Below are positions 59,301 through 64,000 of a DNA stretch of 64,000 nucleotides, piece by piece. Both the position numbers and the translations under genes were made by a program. The stretch lies in assembly GCA_046116545.1 (NCBI GenBank), contig CP175956.1, positions 449,734 to 513,733 of the forward strand, read 5' to 3'. The notes below the pieces were generated by a model that saw only the letters and a list, made by a program, of their open reading frames with translations, did no database searches and was not told the origin of the DNA. The DNA comes from Candidatus Moraniibacteriota bacterium. GTDB lineage: Bacteria; Patescibacteriota; Minisyncoccia; Moranbacterales; GCA-2747515. Positions within the stretch are counted from its first letter, which is position 1, and each line of letters opens with the position of its first letter.

Positions 59301-59853
59301 AGTATTTAGAGTAACAGATTCACAAATATCAATAACTCCTGTTAGTGGGGCTGTTGTGAAGGAGTTGGGGAGCTACGAGGATTTAAATGGAAAGAAATTT
59401 ACAAAACAATCAACAACAACTCTACAAACAATAAAGGGAACAAGTATAACTTTAAAAGCAGTTCTATATCCAGAATTTTTAAATAAAGGTGATGAAAAAT
59501 ACACATGGACAATAGATGGAAAAGATTACGCAAATACAAATCCAATAACATTTGTTGCTGATAAGGATGTTAGTGTTGGGGTGAAGTCAGAACAAGCTTT
59601 GAAAAGAGAAGATAGAAAGGCATTGAGTGATGCTTTTGGAATAATACAATCTCAAACAACAAAAGAAACCCTCTCAAAGACAATCCAAATAGAATTATCA
59701 GATTCAGTAAAATTAACAAAGTTGCAAAATGGTTTTTTTGCAACAGTAGCACATAATACTCCACAATATTTATTATTCATTTTGAAAATGACACTTATGA
59801 TGGGAATAATGCTTTTCATTCCTTCTTTGATATTGGGGTTTAAGAGAACGTAA
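56332..59853 (+). CDS. Giant (1173-aa) Cys-rich protein with a signal peptide and a C-terminal membrane anchor, probably cell-surface
   Basis: Signal peptide MQTKKTIAITLILIQIIILQPISTYA, more than 40 cysteines, and a C-terminal TM helix LLFILKMTLMMGIMLFIPSLILGF. Confidence 0.6.
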   Translation: MQTKKTIAITLILIQIIILQPISTYAFLGLPSNPLSGGGGSGMSGDIRSGINDFLEKDLNINVKDGLRPLTESINTIDRKGEMPEVSLRFSSQSPKEGEKITVSADVTGVKNPNDAYYVWYLKRKGDSYDDIDKLHRQAVSAQAALYYDPETLNQKFNQGIVASKGDDYDGYKPKMGGDNGILRGATSKSGSSLLQQHETATGNIKDAHQGIIDSLPGFGIFDVLAPGTSQIMDAQNQVRDSLLNSTGTKANDTKSASGNRDYCYIYNSKTGKQYELGDAHDDSAMGCPTGYIAKCMQENNDLMCPVAVPGMTGTSTASSSGGGNTSSSSTSTTIAGGNGDRFSYLTRCLDTEIKPTCDVNTGKLHCSQADKGNVFQADKAYSCDGTSCSSYKTDGHCCEVFDTIEKCKADKDTKICTMGSQMMAVSYSYDQPITTPTPYCVKQDQKTGEIWKDPNVNGCGLYSADGKYPGPTEGRVAGTNPSFDFFQPDGTPYNAPFTGIILCPDSPNLLTCDNNFKYHGMDGAKPVFERPLGQGVGASMTITCQDDVGVTWTYDISNDNTVQFAGCPDAKPISRGCFIDKDKKILDLLEPEKACTLSTPKDSGCTEKQHLFPEELNLGFFPASIEAQYGTNPIDAQTTPLAINDGALAVGLGVKNFEWKYKAGDEIAVVVEGMGLGMTKHEDATYQTVFAVPKEGCQKAIENASKESYEETAKKKVVTIEVAEMNPRDCVTAEIFQKPGTSQFDALNVNVNHASPSAQNTSVASGLSQPMQITAHANGVKGGGISNSEHLYYEWSIVCGGKTIDLSKMEGLSKTEGMNLPSLNLTANFPQECVDAGEVIVKTKINEPRAGGGSNFGQSETKIKIYDVKDSPLKTFKTEIVEDTKFQKTATAVCDVGIDKTLCRVMNNEVIAIAATKDDGTIYDGTMLSWTVDGKAYNCDSSISPDCNDRTNSGTIIIPMTGSDGDLVTVTASINDVTGDKNNTQVLSRVFRVTDSQISITPVSGAVVKELGSYEDLNGKKFTKQSTTTLQTIKGTSITLKAVLYPEFLNKGDEKYTWTIDGKDYANTNPITFVADKDVSVGVKSEQALKREDRKALSDAFGIIQSQTTKETLSKTIQIELSDSVKLTKLQNGFFATVAHNTPQYLLFILKMTLMMGIMLFIPSLILGFKRT

Positions 59854-59880
59854 GTGTTTTATAAAATAAAACAAAAAAAT

Positions 59881-60390
59881 ATGAAAACTTATATTTTAAT
59901 ATTATTAATATCAATGAGTTTGTTGACATTTATGGGAGAGGTTAATGCAGCCAACTACACACTATTAGAAACAATAGGGAAAAATACAGGTTCAGTAGAT
60001 TTTCCAACCTATATAACAAACCTACATAAGTTTGCAGTAGGATTTGTAGCTCTTGCAGCACTTCTCATGATTACATTAGGAGGATTTGCATATATGACTG
60101 CTGCAGGCAATCAAGCACAAGTAGGAACTGCAAAAAAGTTAATAATAGATGCATTATTAGGACTTATAATAGTATTTATTTCTTGGTTAATTTTAAATAC
60201 AATTAACCCTGATTTATTGAACACTGAAAATCCCAGTATGAAAAAATTACAGGACGGGGCTAATAACAATGGTAATAATAGCACTAGTAATAATAATGTT
60301 GGTGGGGGTACAACATTAGATTCAAGTGGTTTAGGTACAGATGGAAGCACAACAGATACTTCATCAGGAACAGGTTCTCCAGCAGCATAA
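59881..60390 (+). CDS. VirB2/TrbC-like pilin candidate 1, with a Ser/Thr/Gly/Asn-rich C-terminal tail
   Basis: Signal peptide MKTYILILLISMSLLTFMGEVNA, then two hydrophobic helices separated by TAAGNQAQVGTAKK. Start is the ATG at 59881, not the GTG at 59854. Confidence 0.5.
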   Translation: MKTYILILLISMSLLTFMGEVNAANYTLLETIGKNTGSVDFPTYITNLHKFAVGFVALAALLMITLGGFAYMTAAGNQAQVGTAKKLIIDALLGLIIVFISWLILNTINPDLLNTENPSMKKLQDGANNNGNNSTSNNNVGGGTTLDSSGLGTDGSTTDTSSGTGSPAA

Positions 60391-60978
60391 ATGTAACTTA
60401 TAAAAAGATTTAATAGAATTATATGAAAAAAATTAGCATAAGCATATTTCTTTTTTTAGTAATTTCAGTAAATACTGCAAATGCAGATGATTTTCAAGAT
60501 GCAGTTAATGCAGAAAACTCTAATAACGCAACAAATCCTGTATCTAGTTTACCTAGTTATAATCCAAATGCATCATTGGGTCCTGCTACAGGAACATCAA
60601 CAATTAATGGTCAGAACTCAGGACAAACTGTAAATACATCACCCACAGCAAATACAGCAGGTGCAGCCAACTACACACTATTAGAAACAATAGGGAAAAA
60701 TACAGGTTCAGTAGATTTTCCAACCTATATAACAAACCTACATAAGTTTGCAGTAGGATTTGTAGCTCTTGCAGCACTTCTCATGATTACATTAGGAGGA
60801 TTTGCATATATGACTGCTGCAGGCAATCAAGCACAAGTAGGAACTGCAAAAAAGTTAATAATAGATGCATTATTAGGACTTATAATAGTATTTATTTCTT
60901 GGTTAATTTTAAATACAATTAACCCTGATTTATTGAACACTGAAAATCCCAGTATGAAAAAATTACAGGACGGGGCTA
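59946..60978 (+). repeat. 317-bp perfect direct repeat (59946-60262 and 60662-60978) spanning the two pilin-like genes
   Basis: By eye the two copies are identical base for base, and the flanking sequences diverge immediately. Confidence 0.8.
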
Positions 60979-60986
60979 GTAAGTAG
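60423..60986 (+). CDS. VirB2/TrbC-like pilin candidate 2, with an N-terminal S/T/N-rich extension
   Basis: Signal peptide, about 70 aa low-complexity extension, then a core 100% identical to candidate 1. Confidence 0.5.
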   Translation: MKKISISIFLFLVISVNTANADDFQDAVNAENSNNATNPVSSLPSYNPNASLGPATGTSTINGQNSGQTVNTSPTANTAGAANYTLLETIGKNTGSVDFPTYITNLHKFAVGFVALAALLMITLGGFAYMTAAGNQAQVGTAKKLIIDALLGLIIVFISWLILNTINPDLLNTENPSMKKLQDGASK

Positions 60987-61022
60987 TAATAAGTATATAA
61001 TAATTATAGTAAAGGATGATAT

Positions 61023-62273
61023 TTATTTTTGTAAGCCAAATAGAAGTAGTATCCAAAATATAATTGATAAATCATTTTTCCAGAAAGGTGTGTCAAAAAG
61101 ACTTGTTAGTAAAATTGTTAAAAATGCGGCAATATAAAATAAAATTGTTGCATTTTTTGTTTTTATATAGGAGCTAGCTGAAAGGTACAGCCATCTAGAG
61201 CATAAAAGACAAAAAAATAAAACTGTAAAAAAACCTCCAGAAGTCCATAATGTTAATAATAGATTATGAGGAGTTGGAGCTGACCAATGTAGGTAGGGCG
61301 GGTAATATCTTTGAGCATCTAGGTAGATTTGTTGAAAGTCATTGATTCCAGATGTGTTTATAAGTGTATTTTTTTGGAGGTGATTTGTGGCAACTGTCCA
61401 GATTTCATGTCTGGATGATAGAGAACTTCTAGAAAAATCTGGATTTATATTTGAGATTTTGTGATATGTAATAAATAAGATTGATAATATAAAAAATAAT
61501 CCCAGAATAAAGAGCATTAGAGATTTCGTAGTGGATGGACATGTCCGTCCACTACGAATATAGTAATTTTTTATTAGAATAATAGATATAATAAATAATA
61601 TAAAAATGAAAACAAAAGAGGAAGTAAGGGAGTTTGTGAAAAATAGAACAATGCAGGTTAAAATAACTGTAGTTATAGAAAAGACTTTCAAATATTTATT
61701 TTTTTGTTTCCAACTATTTGCAAGAGTAATAAAAATAAGTGGAGCAATAAACATTGCTAGATGATTGGGCGAGGGGTAAAAGGCAGCTAATCTGCCATCA
61801 AATGTTGTGTTATCTAAAAAAAGATATATTAAAGTTATAGTGGTTACGAAAAATAAAATACTGACAAGTAAATTCTGGATATAATAAAAGATTTTTTTGT
61901 GTTTTGAAATGTGTATATGTAGTAAAAAAGCTGTAAGTAGGGGTAGCAATAGCCATTCTAGAAATACACCCAATCCATGGATAGTTGGATGTAATAGTAG
62001 TGATGGTAAGAAAGATAGAACAAATAAAAAAGAAAATGTCCAAAAAATAGAATTTTTTTTGAAAGTTTGAGGAATACTTTGAAAGTTTGAATATAATAAT
62101 ATTGTACAGAGGATAAATAAGTTTATAGTTAGAATGCTTATGGATATTGAAAATAAATTTAAACGTATAAAATATAATGAAATCGAAAAGAATGTTACAC
62201 AAAGGAGTAACTTGATATAAGATAAATCTGACTGTAGTGGGATATTGAATTTTTCTTTCAATTGTGTAAACAT
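61023..62273 (-). CDS. Polytopic membrane protein, weakly O-antigen-ligase/Wzy-like
   Basis: 10 or more TM helices; loop motif SSRHEIWTVATNHLQ resembles Wzy_C R-x-x-(L/I)-W. Confidence 0.4.
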   Translation of the reverse strand: MFTQLKEKFNIPLQSDLSYIKLLLCVTFFSISLYFIRLNLFSISISILTINLFILCTILLYSNFQSIPQTFKKNSIFWTFSFLFVLSFLPSLLLHPTIHGLGVFLEWLLLPLLTAFLLHIHISKHKKIFYYIQNLLVSILFFVTTITLIYLFLDNTTFDGRLAAFYPSPNHLAMFIAPLIFITLANSWKQKNKYLKVFSITTVILTCIVLFFTNSLTSSFVFIFILFIISIILIKNYYIRSGRTCPSTTKSLMLFILGLFFILSILFITYHKISNINPDFSRSSLSSRHEIWTVATNHLQKNTLINTSGINDFQQIYLDAQRYYPPYLHWSAPTPHNLLLTLWTSGGFFTVLFFCLLCSRWLYLSASSYIKTKNATILFYIAAFLTILLTSLFDTPFWKNDLSIIFWILLLFGLQK

Positions 62274-62529
62274 GGGTATTAATTATTTTTTAAAATATTG
62301 TGTGTAGTTTAGCATAGTTTTCAGATAACTAACCTTTTAAATAATGTTGTGGACAAGCAGATGACAATATCTCTACAAAAAATAAACTTTTTGAAATGAT
62401 AGGCATAAGTGTATTTTATCAAAACGTTCCTTAGTTCTATTGTTAGGTAGGATATTATTTTAAAATATGGGCAAGTGTTAATCGTAAATAGTACGGATCA
62501 TATTTAAATAGAGGGCCTCATAAGGTGCT

Positions 62530-63792
62530 TTATTTTTTATTTTCATTATATATTCCAATTGATAGTATGAGTAATAATATGGGAAAAACATGTACGGAAA
62601 ATATTGGAGTATCAAATAATGCGTGAGTAAAAAAGATTACTATACTTATTATAGCAAATAATGATATATAATCATCTTTATTTTTATATAAAATTAAAAT
62701 AAGTGATAAAAAAGTAAGTGAAAACAGAATTAATCCAATAATTCCAAGTTCCACGGTGATGTCTAGAAAAATATTATGAACATAAATAGGAGTTCTGTAG
62801 GTTGCTTGCGGATTTATAACTATAGGATAAGCTCCTAAACCTGTACCAATGAAAGGTCGATGTTGAATCTCTTGTTTGGCCTCCGTCCAAAGTTCTAATC
62901 GGTGTCTATTTGATGTATCAGTTGTATCAAATGATGATATAAATCTGGAGGTGATGGGATTTTGAGGTATTAATAATAAAAAAATGAAAGATATTAGAAA
63001 TAAAAAAATAAAATGTTTAAAACGTGTTTGTATAGATGGCCAAAGTAAGATTAAGCCAATAAGTAAACCACCAAATAGTCCAATGTAACCACCACGAGAA
63101 AAGGTTAATAAATCAGTTAATATTAATATAAAAAAAGATATCAGCCAGATTTGTTTTTTTGTTTTTAAAAATAATCCAAGAGAAAGTGGGATAAGTAAGC
63201 CTAGATAAAAAGAGAAAATGTGAGGGTCAGGGAAAAAAGCAATTGAGCGCATAATCGTGTGACCTCCTATATTAACTAACCAGCTATTATGAGCGATTAC
63301 GGATTCTGAAAAGGTACCACCTAAAAAGAAGGGTGACAATTGTAACCAAAAATTAAGTAAGGTATTTAGAGGAATAATAAATTGTAAAATAAATTGGAGT
63401 AAGCCAACTATAGAAATTAATGTAGCACCGATAATAGTTGCGCTAAGGAGCTTTTCTTTTGAGTTTGGGACATCTTTAAAAAGAACAGGTAATATAAATA
63501 TAAGAGGAGACATTGATAATAAAAATATAATTTTACGTAATGTCCAAGTTGGAACTGGTGTAAAAAATAAGGAGAATATAGTCCATAAAATAAAAGCAGA
63601 AAAGAGACTTATAATAAAACCTTTAGGTATATACAAGGATTTTTTGTATAAACAGAAAGTTAAATAAGATAGTGTAATAATTAAAATAAAAATTCGTACA
63701 AACGAGACATCAAAGCCAGTCAGTGGGTTTAATGCAAAAGAAAACGGTAGAAAAAAGTATAAAAAAATAGTTAGATTTAGTAATATATTCAT
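62530..63792 (-). CDS. O-antigen ligase-like (Wzy_C domain) membrane protein
   Basis: RHRLELWTEAKQEIQHRPFIGTGLGAYP in a large loop between TM helices; 420 aa with 10 or more TM helices. Confidence 0.55.
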   Translation of the reverse strand: MNILLNLTIFLYFFLPFSFALNPLTGFDVSFVRIFILIITLSYLTFCLYKKSLYIPKGFIISLFSAFILWTIFSLFFTPVPTWTLRKIIFLLSMSPLIFILPVLFKDVPNSKEKLLSATIIGATLISIVGLLQFILQFIIPLNTLLNFWLQLSPFFLGGTFSESVIAHNSWLVNIGGHTIMRSIAFFPDPHIFSFYLGLLIPLSLGLFLKTKKQIWLISFFILILTDLLTFSRGGYIGLFGGLLIGLILLWPSIQTRFKHFIFLFLISFIFLLLIPQNPITSRFISSFDTTDTSNRHRLELWTEAKQEIQHRPFIGTGLGAYPIVINPQATYRTPIYVHNIFLDITVELGIIGLILFSLTFLSLILILYKNKDDYISLFAIISIVIFFTHALFDTPIFSVHVFPILLLILSIGIYNENKK

Positions 63793-64000
63793 TATAACAA
63801 GTTTATTAGGGAGATATTTAGTTTTTGTGAAAAAAGCGACAAAGTTGCATGAAATATGTTTGTGTAGGGCCTAAGTGCTTTTTGAAAAAAAGGTCTTGTG
63901 AAGTATAATAGCACTTCTTTTGTTTTTTTGTAGAGTCTTTACTACTGCATCCATTGGAATGAGTTAGGGTAAATTTGGGAATATATTTTATTTCACCACC

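Noticed and set aside
59851-59881. The giant protein ORF and pilin ORF being contiguous in the same frame (ORF track starts the pilin at 59854 immediately after the stop)
   Set aside because: That is an ORF-caller artefact from a GTG alternative start right after the TAA. The pilin signal peptide begins at the ATG at 59881.

Overview
This is a low-GC, gene-dense bacterial chromosomal segment, mostly compact housekeeping genes with small intergenic spaces, of the kind seen in reduced symbiont or CPR-like genomes. Standard genetic code is inferred: ORFs are long and TAA, TAG and TGA all end confident genes. Left two-thirds of the window: a partial uvrD/pcrA helicase, rsmA, ung, comM/yifB, lspA, maf, pnp, rpsO, rpsA, cmk-like, the tilS-ftsH pair, ldh, nrdG-nrdD, rbfA-nrnA, rplS, rluD and nine tRNAs. 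Three signals stand out. (1) A roughly 700-bp array of 12 regularly spaced (about 60 bp) copies of a 16-bp perfect palindrome TGTTCCACGTGGAACA, which matches the ParB-binding parS consensus (38.0-38.7 kb). (2) About 8 kb away, a 1.4-kb AT-rich intergenic region carries at least 7 consensus DnaA boxes (TTATCCACA / TGTGGATAA) and a flip in gene orientation, consistent with oriC, yet no dnaA/dnaN is adjacent. (3) Directly right of this candidate origin lies a 14-kb plus-strand locus encoding a type-IV-secretion-like or pilus apparatus. It has VirB6-like and VirB3-like membrane proteins and a VirB4 ATPase (Walker A; DEAW Walker B) split by a single in-frame TAG. It also has a 1173-aa Cys-rich signal-peptide protein with a C-terminal anchor, and two tandem VirB2-like pilin genes sharing a 317-bp perfect direct repeat. 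Two divergent Wzy_C (O-antigen-ligase-like) membrane proteins follow on the minus strand, a possible pilin O-glycosylation module. Other notable items: nrdD is interrupted by two in-frame TAA codons, leaving the glycyl-radical C-terminus as a separate 62-aa ORF. An 80-bp copy of the nrdG 3' end sits next to a GC-rich SEC-C-motif mini-ORF. A family of GC-rich palindromes (GTCATTCCCGCG-AGGC-GGAAT) lies at gene 3' ends. Two candidate structured ncRNA regions, a RelA/SpoT-like synthetase-fold protein with a novel N-terminus, a cysteine-less DksA-like protein and a bacterial SET-domain protein were also noted. All coordinates and motif calls were read by eye from the sequence; no database searches were run.
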